Position numbers and translations under genes: made by a program. The notes below the pieces were generated by a model. It saw only the letters and a list, made by a program, of their open reading frames with translations. It did not search any database and had not been told where the DNA came from. DNA of 32,000 nt from Bellilinea caldifistulae (lineage in GTDB: Bacteria > Chloroflexota > Anaerolineae > Anaerolineales > Anaerolineaceae), in contig NZ_LGHJ01000015.1 in the NCBI RefSeq assembly GCF_001306055.1, positions 1 through 32,000 on the forward strand, written 5' to 3'. This document shows, one piece after another, positions 8,409 through 18,292 of the stretch; positions within the stretch are counted from its first letter, which is position 1, and each line of letters starts with the position of its first letter.

Positions 8409-9068
8409 CTGCGGGAGACCGCCACGCTCGCTGCGCTCGCTCGCGGTGACGTAAACCGTTATGGAACGGCTCTGCGGGAGACCGCCACGCTCGCTGCGCT
8501 CGCTCGCGGTGACGTATACCGTTATGGAACGGCTCTGCGGGAGACCGCCACGCTCGCTGCGCTCGCTCGCGGTGACGTAAACCGTTATGGAACGGCTCTG
8601 CGGGAGACCGCCACGCTCGCTGCGCTCGCTCGCGGTGACGTAAACCGTTATGGAACGGCCCTGCGGGAGACCGCCACACTCGCTGCGCTCGCGGTGACGT
8701 AAACCGTTATGGAACGGCTCTGCGGGAGACCGCCACGCTCGCTGCGCTCGCTCGCGGTGACGTAAACCGTTATGGAACGGCTCTGCGGGAGACCGCCACG
8801 CTCGCTGCGCTCGCTCGCGGTGACGTAAACCGTTATGGAACGGCCCTGCGGGAGACCGCCACGCTCGCTGCGCTCGCTCGCGGTGACGTAAACCGTTATG
8901 GAACGGCTCTGCGGGAGACCGCCACACTCGCTGCGCTCGCGGTGACGTAAACCGTTATGGAACGGCTCTGCGGGAGACCGCCACACTCGCTGCGCTCGCG
9001 GTGACGTAAACCGTTATGGAACGGCCCTGCGGGAGACCGCCACACTCGCTGCGCTCGCTCGCGGTGAC
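8409..9068 (+). repeat. Tandem array: 11 head-to-tail copies of a 63-bp (or 59-bp) unit
   Basis: CTGCGGGAGACC recurs at 8409, 8472, 8535, 8598, 8661, 8720, 8783, 8846, 8909, 8968 and 9027. Consensus: CTGCGGGAGACCGCCACGCTCGCTGCGCTCGCTCGCGGTGACGTAAACCGTTATGGAACGGCT. There are no unique spacers between units. Confidence 0.95.
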
Positions 9069-9209
9069 ATTAATCCAATGAACGCCGCGCCGCCTGACGG
9101 CGACATCTCCCTCGAATTGTTTGCGCAGCGGGCGGGGCAAAAACCCTTCCAAAACAACCAATCATCCGATTAATCAATTCATTTGACGTTCAAAAACAAC
9201 CCGTTTTTC

Positions 9210-9238
9210 TTGACTCTCTCATCAGATTATGCTATATT
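9210..9238 (+). promoter_or_regulatory. Candidate sigma-70-type promoter of the Opp/Dpp-type ABC operon
   Basis: TTGACT (9210-9215), a 17-nt spacer, then TATATT (9233-9238), in an AT-rich stretch about 160 nt upstream of the SBP start codon. Confidence 0.45.
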
Positions 9239-9261
9239 GCTTGCACTTTCCATCCGATTTA

Positions 9262-9331
9262 TTTACAATTAGGATAGTTGTAAACTCACAGATGCGCAGC
9301 GGATTCCGTCCAAATCCGCAGACTCTGTGAG
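9262..9331 (+). promoter_or_regulatory. Structured leader / possible operator upstream of the large binding-protein gene
   Basis: Inverted repeat TTTACAA (9262-9268) N9 TTGTAAA (9278-9284). It is immediately followed by a nested hairpin: CTCACAGA (9285-9292) ... TCTGTGAG (9324-9331), enclosing GCGGATT (9299-9305) / AATCCGC (9313-9319). Confidence 0.3.
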
Positions 9332-9395
9332 CCGTCAAAATCGGAGGAAAGCCTCTGATCAATCATCCTAAATCCCATATAGAAGGAGGAGAAAC

Positions 9396-11957
9396 ATGAA
9401 GCGTTATACACTTCTGGTCGTTGGACTGTTGGTCATTGCCAGCATGGTCCTTTCGGCCTGCCAGCAGGGCACTCAGGTGGTGACCCAGGTGGTGACGGAA
9501 GAAGTCGAAGTGGTCAAGACGGTTGAGGTCGAAAAGACCGTTGAAGTCGTCGTGACCCCCGAACCCACCCGCGTTGACCGCAACGGTGCCTGGGTGGACA
9601 CCATCGTCGTCGTTGAGGAGCCGAGTGCGGATGCGGCGGTAACCCGCTTACAGAACAAGGACATTGATCTGTATGCCTTCACCGTCAGCAATGCGGAAGT
9701 GGCCGCCAAGGTTGCCGCCAGCCCCGAACTCAAATCGGAGCGCACGTTCGGTTCCTACAACGAATTGACCTTCAACCCGGCTGGCCCCATCTTCGAAGGC
9801 ACCGGCAAACTTAACCCCTTTGCCGTGCCGGCCGTTCGCGAGGCGATGAACTGGCTGGTTGACCGCGACTACATCGTGCAGGAAATCATGAAGGGTCTGG
9901 GTGTCCCGCGCTACACACCGTTCAACGTGGCCTCTTCGGACTATGCCCGCCTGGCGGAAGTCGTGCGCAAAGTTGAGTTGAAGTACGCCTACGACAAAGA
10001 AAAAGCCCAGCAAGTCATTTCTGCGGAAATGGAAAAATTGGGCGCGACACTTGTGGACGGCAAGTGGCAGTACAACGGCGAACCGGTTGAAATCATCGTC
10101 CTGATCCGTGTTGAAGACGAACGCCGCCAGGTTGGTGATTACGTCGCCAATCAACTGGAAGATATTGGCTTCACCGTGACCCGCGATTACAAGACCTCCG
10201 CCGAAGCCTCGCCAATTTGGATCCGCGGTAATCCCAATGACGGCAAATGGCACGTCTACACCGGCGGCTGGATCACCACGGCTGTACCGCGCGACCTGGG
10301 TGACAACTTCTCGTTCTTCTACACCAATCGTGGTTTGCCGCAGCCGTTGTGGCAGGCCTACACCCCCAGCGAGGAATTCGACAAAGTCGCCCTCGACCTG
10401 GAAAACCGCGCTTACAAGACCATTGAAGAGCGCACCCAATTGATGGGTAAAGCGCTCGAACTGGCGCTGCAAGACTCGGTGCGCGTCTGGCTGGTCGACC
10501 GCGCCAGCATCACCCCCATGCGGGCTGAATTGCAAGTGGCTTCCGACCTCTACGGCGCTGTTTACGGCTCGCAGTTGTGGCCGTACACCATCCGCCGCGA
10601 AGGTGAAGTGGGCGGCTCCGTGACCGTCGCCATGCCCAGCATCCTCGTCGAGCCGTGGAACGCCCTCAGCGGTACCAACTGGATCTACGACCAGATGCTG
10701 ATTCGTGGCACGGGCGAATACGGCCAGGTGTACGATCCGTTCACTGGTCTGACCTACCCGAACCGCATTGAGAAAGCCGAAGTGGTGGTTCAGGAGGGCC
10801 TGCCGGTTGGCAAGACCCTGGACTGGTTGACGCTTGAATTTGCTCCGTCCATCGAAGTACCGGGCGACGCCTGGGCCGACTGGGATGCCGAGCAGCAGCG
10901 CTTCATCACCGTGGCTGAGAAATTCCCCGAAGGCACTACCGCCCTGCGCAAGAGCGTAGTCTATTACCCGGCTGACCTGTACGAAAAGGTCAAATGGCAC
11001 GATGGCAGCCCCTTCTCCGTGGGCGATGTGGTGATGGGCATGATTCTCACCTTTGATCTTGGTAAGGAAGCCAGCCCCTACTACGACGCTTCTCAGGTGC
11101 CGACCCTGGAGTCCTTCCTGTCGTCCTTCAAGGGCGTCAAGATCGTCTCCACCGACCCGCTGGTCATCGAGACCTACTCCGACCTGTGGAATCTGGATGC
11201 TGAGCTCAACGTGAGCGACTGGTGGCCGTTCTACGCTCAGGGTCAGGCGGCCTGGCATGCTCTGGCCATCGGCCTGAAAGCCGACGGCGCCGGTGAAGCC
11301 GCCTTCTCGGCTGCGAAAGCTGATGAACTGCAGGTCGAATGGCTGTCCTACATCTCCGGCCCGACCATTGACATCCTCAAAGCCAAACTGGATGAGGCAA
11401 GCAGTGAAGGGTTCATCCCCTACGCTCCGACCCTCGGTGAGTATGTCAGCGCCGACGAAGCAGCTGCCCGCTACGCCAATCTGGCCGAGTGGTTCCGCCA
11501 GCGCGGTCACTTCTGGATCGGCACGAATGTGTTCTATCTGGAACGCGCCTTCCCGGTGGAAGGTACGGTTGTGCTGCGCCGCTACAACGGTTACTCTGAA
11601 CCGGCCGACAAATGGCTGCGCTTCTCCGCTCCGCCAATCGCCGAGGTGGAAGTGGATGGTGACGACCGCGTGACCGCCGGTAGCGAAGCCTCGTTCGATG
11701 TCTTCGTGGACTTCGAGGGGCAGCCCTACCCGCTGGCCGATATTGACAATGTCAAATATCTGGTCTTCGATGCCAACGGTGAACTGGTACTGGTTGGTCA
11801 GGCGGAAGCCGTGGAAGACGGCCTGTTCCAGGTCAATCTGAGCGGTGAAGACACCGGCAAACTGGCGGAAGGCACCACCCGCCTTGAGGTGGTGGTGGTT
11901 TCCAAACGGGTTGCTGTGCCGTCCTTCGCCTCCTTCCAGTTTGTGACCGCCCCGTAA
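9396..11957 (+). CDS. Family-5 (Opp/Dpp/Nik-type) ABC substrate-binding lipoprotein, unusually large (853 aa)
   Basis: GAAGGAGGAG RBS is present. MKRYTLLVVGLLVIASMVLSAC gives a lipoprotein signal. A V/E/T-rich repetitive linker follows (VVTQVVTEEVEVVKTVEVEKTVEVVVTPEP). The body resembles SBP_bac_5, and there is an extra C-terminal beta-rich segment of about 130 aa. It is followed by two permeases and two ATPases. Confidence 0.9.
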   Translation: MKRYTLLVVGLLVIASMVLSACQQGTQVVTQVVTEEVEVVKTVEVEKTVEVVVTPEPTRVDRNGAWVDTIVVVEEPSADAAVTRLQNKDIDLYAFTVSNAEVAAKVAASPELKSERTFGSYNELTFNPAGPIFEGTGKLNPFAVPAVREAMNWLVDRDYIVQEIMKGLGVPRYTPFNVASSDYARLAEVVRKVELKYAYDKEKAQQVISAEMEKLGATLVDGKWQYNGEPVEIIVLIRVEDERRQVGDYVANQLEDIGFTVTRDYKTSAEASPIWIRGNPNDGKWHVYTGGWITTAVPRDLGDNFSFFYTNRGLPQPLWQAYTPSEEFDKVALDLENRAYKTIEERTQLMGKALELALQDSVRVWLVDRASITPMRAELQVASDLYGAVYGSQLWPYTIRREGEVGGSVTVAMPSILVEPWNALSGTNWIYDQMLIRGTGEYGQVYDPFTGLTYPNRIEKAEVVVQEGLPVGKTLDWLTLEFAPSIEVPGDAWADWDAEQQRFITVAEKFPEGTTALRKSVVYYPADLYEKVKWHDGSPFSVGDVVMGMILTFDLGKEASPYYDASQVPTLESFLSSFKGVKIVSTDPLVIETYSDLWNLDAELNVSDWWPFYAQGQAAWHALAIGLKADGAGEAAFSAAKADELQVEWLSYISGPTIDILKAKLDEASSEGFIPYAPTLGEYVSADEAAARYANLAEWFRQRGHFWIGTNVFYLERAFPVEGTVVLRRYNGYSEPADKWLRFSAPPIAEVEVDGDDRVTAGSEASFDVFVDFEGQPYPLADIDNVKYLVFDANGELVLVGQAEAVEDGLFQVNLSGEDTGKLAEGTTRLEVVVVSKRVAVPSFASFQFVTAP

Positions 11958-11980
11958 GGGCTTATCCGAAAAGTCAAATG

Positions 11981-12008
11981 GAGGGGCGAGGGAAACACCT
12001 CGCCCCTC
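11981..12008 (+). promoter_or_regulatory. Intercistronic GC-rich stem-loop after the binding-protein gene
   Basis: Perfect 11-bp arms GAGGGGCGAGG (11981-11991) / CCTCGCCCCTC (11998-12008) with loop GAAACA. It starts 24 nt after the SBP stop and ends 29 nt before the permease ATG. No U-run follows. Confidence 0.55.
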
Positions 12009-12037
12009 TCCTACCTCAAAAAGGATGATGAATTCGT

Positions 12038-13176
<1,139 letters not shown>

Positions 13177-13180
<4 letters not shown>

Positions 13181-14517
13181 ACGCGCTGAAAAATACTTTC
13201 CGTGATATTAGCCAATACCCCTCGGCAGTGCTCGGTCTGGTGATTATTGTGCTGCTGGTCATCTTTGCCGTGTATGCCGTGGTAACCATTCCTTACAACG
13301 AAGCCATTCGGATGTGGCGCGGTGGGGAGGAAATCTGGGGCGACTACCCGCGCAACGCCGCCCCGGCGTGGACGAACTGGTTTTCGGCCAAGAAACTGCC
13401 CGAAACCATCATCTTGACCACCGATGATGAGCGGGTTAAAAAAGAAATTCAGACCGTTGGCAGCAATCAGGAAGTCATCATGCACTATGTTTTTGACTAT
13501 CCGTATGACGACTTCCCGCAGGAAATGATCATCTTCTTCACTTCCAAGTACGATGTCAAGCAGCCCCACATTACCATGAAGTGGGTCACGCCGGACGGCC
13601 GTGAATTGCGCATGAGCCAGATGTCGGTACGCCGTTCGGATCAGTACCGCTTTGAACTGGATGAACGGTTGAAGCGGCGCATCAAGGACATGACCATCAT
13701 ACAAGGTCTGTTTGCTACACCGGACGTGATGCCGCCCACCATTCAAAAGGGACAGTATGAGCTGCAAATTTCAGCCCTGCTGTTTGAACCCAATGCCGAA
13801 GTGGATGCCAAGCTGGTGATTTACGGCAAGGTGCATGGGCTGGCCGGTACCGATCACCTGCGCCGTGATTTGATGGTGGCGATGCTGTGGGGCGCTCCAA
13901 TTGCGCTGTCATTCGGCATTCTGGCCGCCCTCGGCACCAGCGTGTTGAGCATGATCATTGCGGCGGTGGGTTCGTGGTTCGGCGGTGCGGTGGATGAGGT
14001 CATCCAGCGCATCACCGAGGTTAATCTGGTGCTGCCGGTGCTGCCGATTCTGATTATGATCGGTACGCTGTATTCGCGTTCGATCTGGGTCATCCTTGGG
14101 GCGGTAGTTGCCTTGAGTATTTTCTCTTCTTCGATTAAGACCTTCCGGGCGATCTTCCTGCAAATTAAAGAAGCGCCCTATATCGAAGCAGCCCGTTCCT
14201 ACGGCGCCGGAAATCTACGCATCATTTTCAGTTATCTGATTCCACGTCTGATTCCGGTGCTCATTCCGGGCTTTGTCATCGGCATCCCCAGTTATGTGTT
14301 TTTGGAGGCCTCGCTGGCGGTTCTGGGTCTGGGCGACCCGGTGCTGCCGACCTGGGGTAAAGTGATCAACGATGCTCAAGCGCAGGGGGCTTTGTTCAAC
14401 GGGCATTATTACTGGGTGTTGCAGCCAGCGGTTTTGCTGATGATCACCGGTCTGGCGTTCTCGATGCTCGGTTTTGCACTCGATCGGATCTTCAATCCCA
14501 GACTGCGGGGGGTTTAG
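13177..14517 (+). CDS. ABC transporter permease, OppC/DppC-like, with a long extracytoplasmic loop after TM1
   Basis: 446 aa. The C-terminal half resembles an OppC-type permease (…EAARSYGAGNLRIIFSYLIPRLIPVLI…). About 190 aa of soluble sequence follows the first TM. Confidence 0.9.
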
Positions 14518-14524
14518 CACAATC

Positions 14525-15499
14525 ATGCCAGAAAAAACATTACTGCGTGTCGAAGATTTGAAACTCTACTTTCGGGCCACCCGCGGTGTGGTGCAGGCGG
14601 TGGATGGGGTTTATTTCACCCTCAACCCCAACGAAGCGATGGTCATCATCGGCGAATCGGGCTGCGGCAAAAGCTCCATGGCCAAGGCACTGCTGCGTTT
14701 GTTACCCCGCAATGTGCATACCTACTCCGGCAAGGTCTTTCTCAACGGCACGGAATTAATATCCATGTCCGACGAGGAATACCGCCAGCAGATCCGCTGG
14801 CTGAAGATCTCGATGGTACCCCAGGCTGCCATGAATGCCCTCAACCCGGTGTTGCGGGTGGGCGATCAGGTAGCCGAGCCGATGATGGTGCATCACGGCG
14901 TCCGCAAGGAAGAAGCGCTGGTGCAGGCTGCCAACATGTTCCAGCGGGTGGGTGTGCCGGTGGACTTTCTGACCCGTTATCCGTTTGAATTGAGCGGCGG
15001 AATGCGCCAGCGGGCGGCCATCGCCATGGCGCTGGTCACAGCGCCGGATCTGGTCATTCTGGACGAACCGACCTCCGCCCTGGATGTGCTGACCCAGGCA
15101 AACATCATGAACCTGCTCAAGCGCATCAAGAAGGAAATTGCTACCAGTTTCATCCTGATCACCCACGATATTGCCACTTCCAGCGAACTGGCCGACCGGG
15201 TGGGGGTGATGTACGCCGGGCAGATGGTGGAATTGAGCGATGCTCACCGCTTTTTCACCGCCCCGCTGCATCCCTATTCGCAAAAGTTGATGGCCTCGGT
15301 GCCCAAACTGCGTAGCACGGTTGAACCGGAATTCATCACCGGTCAGCCGCCCAGCCTGATCAACCCGCCGACCGGCTGCCGCTTTGCAGCCCGCTGCCCG
15401 CTACGTTTTGAAAAATGCGATCAAGACCCGCCCATGTTCCAGCACCCGGATGGCCGGCAGGTCAAATGCTGGTTGTACGAAAAAGAGGCAAGGAGTTAA
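14525..15499 (+). CDS. ABC transporter ATP-binding protein, OppD/DppD-like
   Basis: Walker [10 protein letters not shown], signature LSGGMRQR, Walker B LVILDEPTSALD, and a C-terminal oligopeptide-type extension (PLHPYSQKL…GCRFAARCP). ATG at 14525 lies 5 nt after the upstream stop. Confidence 0.9.
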   Translation: MPEKTLLRVEDLKLYFRATRGVVQAVDGVYFTLNPNEAMVIIGESGCGKSSMAKALLRLLPRNVHTYSGKVFLNGTELISMSDEEYRQQIRWLKISMVPQAAMNALNPVLRVGDQVAEPMMVHHGVRKEEALVQAANMFQRVGVPVDFLTRYPFELSGGMRQRAAIAMALVTAPDLVILDEPTSALDVLTQANIMNLLKRIKKEIATSFILITHDIATSSELADRVGVMYAGQMVELSDAHRFFTAPLHPYSQKLMASVPKLRSTVEPEFITGQPPSLINPPTGCRFAARCPLRFEKCDQDPPMFQHPDGRQVKCWLYEKEARS

Positions 15500-15501
15500 G
15501 C

Positions 15502-16539
15502 ATGACCGTTCAAGATGCCGTTGTTCAACAGGAAACCTTGTCCGGCGCCGATGCGCTGAGCAATGCTCCGCTGCTGTCCATTCAAAATTTGCGGGTGTGG
15601 TTCGAGCTGCGCCGCTTTGGTTTTGGCCATGCCGGTTATGTCAAAGCGGTGGATGGTGTCAGCTTTGATCTGCAGCAGGGCGAGGCGGTGGCTGTGGTGG
15701 GTGAGTCGGGCTGCGGTAAATCCAGCCTGATGAAGACAATTTTGGGCCTCAACCGTCCCACTGAGGGCGATGTGGTCTTTCAGGGCAAGTACCGCATCAG
15801 TCAAATGGATGCCAAGACCCTGCGCTGGTACCGCCGGCAGGTCGGCTATGTCCAGCAAGACCCCTACGGCGCTCTGCCGCCGTTTATGAACGTCCAGCGC
15901 ATTCTGGAAGAGCCGATGATCGTTGCCGGTATCAGCGACAAGAAGGAGCGGCTGGAACGCATTCATAAAGTGCTGACCGAAGTCAAAATGACGCCGGTGG
16001 AAGAATTCCTGCCCAAATTCCCGCACATGATCAGCGGTGGGCAGCAGCAGCGGGTGGTCATCGCCCGGGCAATGATCCTCGAACCCAAACTGCTGGTGGC
16101 CGATGAGCCGGTTTCGATGCTGGATGCCTCGGTGCGGGTGGAAATTCTCAAACTGCTGCGCGGTTTGCAGGAATCGCACAATCTGGGTGTGATTTACATT
16201 ACTCACGACCTTTCGACGGTGCGCTACTTCTCCGAGCGTATTTTTGTGATGTACGCCGGGCAGATTGTGGAGAAGTCGCCGGTGGATAACCTGTTGCAGG
16301 ACGCCAAACACCCCTACACCCACGCTCTGCTGGCGGCAACTTCGGACCCGGATGCACGCAATGCAGAAACCTTCAAAGAAGTGCCGCCGGGTGAGCCGCC
16401 CAGTCTGGTTAAACCGCCGACCGGTTGCCGCTTCCATCCGCGCTGTCCGCACATCATCCGCGGGGAGTGCGATGTGAACGTGCCGCCCGAATTTGAAGTC
16501 GGCCCCGATCACACGGCGGCGTGCTGGCTGTATAAGTAA
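15502..16539 (+). CDS. ABC transporter ATP-binding protein, OppF/DppF-like
   Basis: Walker [10 protein letters not shown], signature ISGGQQQR, Walker [13 protein letters not shown], and C-terminal KHPYTHALL…[15 protein letters not shown] is upstream of the ATG at 15502. Confidence 0.9.
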   Translation: MTVQDAVVQQETLSGADALSNAPLLSIQNLRVWFELRRFGFGHAGYVKAVDGVSFDLQQGEAVAVVGESGCGKSSLMKTILGLNRPTEGDVVFQGKYRISQMDAKTLRWYRRQVGYVQQDPYGALPPFMNVQRILEEPMIVAGISDKKERLERIHKVLTEVKMTPVEEFLPKFPHMISGGQQQRVVIARAMILEPKLLVADEPVSMLDASVRVEILKLLRGLQESHNLGVIYITHDLSTVRYFSERIFVMYAGQIVEKSPVDNLLQDAKHPYTHALLAATSDPDARNAETFKEVPPGEPPSLVKPPTGCRFHPRCPHIIRGECDVNVPPEFEVGPDHTAACWLYK

Positions 16540-16548
16540 TCAACAACG

Positions 16549-16755
16549 ATGATGCTCCGCTTGGGTCCAAAGGGAATGATGGCAATCGGCGCCGGGTTGT
16601 TGTTCTTCGGCGCCGCTGCTCCATTCCTGATGATTTTACGCATCTGGGAAACCTCCTTCTGGCTGAGTTTCCTTTCGTATGCGGCTTCGATCAGCGGGCT
16701 GGTAATCGGCTTTTTGGGAATTTTCCTCTACATCCGCATTCACCGGCGGGATTGA
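16549..16755 (+). CDS. Small hypothetical membrane protein (68 aa, two predicted TM helices)
   Basis: It starts 9 nt after the OppF-like stop and ends about 28 nt before a strong terminator. It has two hydrophobic segments (AIGAGLLFFGAAAPFLMIL and LSYAASISGLVIGFLGIFLYI). No clear SD and no recognised family. Confidence 0.4.
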   Translation: MMLRLGPKGMMAIGAGLLFFGAAAPFLMILRIWETSFWLSFLSYAASISGLVIGFLGIFLYIRIHRRD

Positions 16756-16783
16756 GGGATGTAAACGGGTTGCGTTCAACCCA

Positions 16784-16822
16784 TTCAGCCCGCCTTACCC
16801 CACAGGCGGGCTGAATTTTTTT
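16784..16822 (+). terminator. Rho-independent terminator of the Opp/Dpp-type operon
   Basis: Arms TTCAGCCCGCC (16784-16794) / GGCGGGCTGAA (16805-16815) with a 10-nt loop, followed by TTTTTTT (16816-22). Confidence 0.8.
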
Positions 16823-16944
16823 CATCGGACGAACAGAGGGCAAAGTGATTCGACGATGGCGGAAAGCAGCCGGTTGCAGCAGCCTTCCGGCTTTGGTTGC
16901 GGTGAAAAATCCCACAATTCACAACCGGAAAACGCGCCTTTTGG

Positions 16945-18255
16945 CTACAACGGGGGCGGCTGCCAGCCGCCTAGGGTTTGCTCCAGCAGGTGCGCCACTG
17001 CCAGCGCCACATCCTCACGCCACGGGCGGGCGACTACCTGCACGCCAATTGGCATTCCCTCCGGCGAGGTTGCGCAGCGGACAACCACTGCCGGGTAACC
17101 GGTCAGGCTATAGGGCAGGGTATAGGGGATGCGCCCTTCCGGTTGGCCGTGCGGTTGGGCGGGTAATTCGGCTGCCGGAGTCAGAATCACGTCCTGCCGT
17201 GCCATGAATCCGATCATCGCACGGCGGAAGCGATCCCAAATGAACAAATGGCGGGCGACTTCATCGCCATCCAGTTGCGAACGGCTGCTGCTGACCCATT
17301 CCTCATCGTCCTCGGATTCGACTCGCGCCCAATACTGACGGGTGATCTCGTAGGCTTCTTCAATGCGCGGCGGCAGGTTTTCTTCGACCTGTGCCCCGTG
17401 TTCAGCCAGCAGCCGGGCGGCACGCCGACAGGCGGCTGCTGTTTCGGGCGTGGGTTCGGCTTCGGCGTGATGAGTGTAGAAAGCAACCCGCAGACCGTCA
17501 ATTTTTACCTGCCGCCAGTCCGCCAGCGGCATGGGAATGACGCTGGCATCCTGCCAGTCCACCCCGCTGAGAACCGGCAGCACCAGCGCCAGATCCTCCA
17601 CAAAGCGCGCCATCGGGCCGATGGTGGTGCGCGGATCGTTCATGGCGCTGATGAACGGAAAATGACCGGTCAACGGCAGCCGGCCGGTGGTGGGTTTCAA
17701 GCCGGTTATGCCGCAGGCATGAGCCGGTTGCCGGATGCTCCCGCCCGAATCGGAGCCCAGCCCCAGCGGGCTGCCGCAGGCGGCGATGATGGCGGCTTCG
17801 CCGCTGCTGCTGCCGCACGGGCTGTAAGCGGGGTTATAGGGGTTGTGGGTGCGGCCATACACCTCGTTCTCGACCATTACATTGGTCTTTCCCAGCAAAA
17901 TGGCGCCGGCTTGCCGCATCCGGCTCACCACGCTGGCATCTCTGACCGGGATGCGGTTTTTGTACCGGGCTTCTCCGCCGGTACAGGGCAGGCCGGCGGC
18001 ATCAATCCAGTCCTTGACGGTGAAGGGAACGCCGTGCAAGGGGCCAACGGCTTCGCCGCGTGCCAGGGTTGCATCCGCCTTTACTGCCTGCGCCAGGGCT
18101 TCCTCAGCCGACAGAGCAACCACCGCATTTAAGCCGGGATTGACCTGCTCAATGCGCAGAAGGTGGGCTTCAATCACTTCCCGCGCGGAAATTTGCTTCC
18201 GGCGGATGCGCCGGGCCAGTTCCGATGCCGATAGACGGACGATTTCTTCGTTCAA
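16945..18255 (-). CDS. Amidase-signature (AS) family amidase (GatA-like fold, stand-alone)
   Basis: Contains the AS motif …GSSSGEAAIIAACGSPLGLGSDSGGSIRQPA… and the N-terminal …ISAREVIEAHLLRIEQVNPGLNAV… typical of amidases. The start is placed at TTG 18255, with GGAGAG 5 nt upstream. The ORF-track start at 18468 would overlap the upstream gene by 176 nt and add non-homologous sequence. Confidence 0.8.
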   Translation of the reverse strand: MNEEIVRLSASELARRIRRKQISAREVIEAHLLRIEQVNPGLNAVVALSAEEALAQAVKADATLARGEAVGPLHGVPFTVKDWIDAAGLPCTGGEARYKNRIPVRDASVVSRMRQAGAILLGKTNVMVENEVYGRTHNPYNPAYSPCGSSSGEAAIIAACGSPLGLGSDSGGSIRQPAHACGITGLKPTTGRLPLTGHFPFISAMNDPRTTIGPMARFVEDLALVLPVLSGVDWQDASVIPMPLADWRQVKIDGLRVAFYTHHAEAEPTPETAAACRRAARLLAEHGAQVEENLPPRIEEAYEITRQYWARVESEDDEEWVSSSRSQLDGDEVARHLFIWDRFRRAMIGFMARQDVILTPAAELPAQPHGQPEGRIPYTLPYSLTGYPAVVVRCATSPEGMPIGVQVVARPWREDVALAVAHLLEQTLGGWQPPPL

Positions 18256-18292
18256 ATTTTCTCTCCGGAACGTAAAATTGCTTGCTTTGGGA

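Noticed and set aside
8409-9068. CRISPR array
   Set aside because: The units abut directly with no unique spacers. The repeat length (59-63 bp) is outside the CRISPR range. No cas genes are present in the window.
8311-9161. Minus-strand ORFs of 68-198 aa with repetitive WRSPAEPFHNGLRHRERAQRA-type sequence
   Set aside because: They are translations of the tandem repeat. All three minus frames are open only because of GC-rich repetition. The 59-bp units shift the frame, and the ORFs overlap one another.
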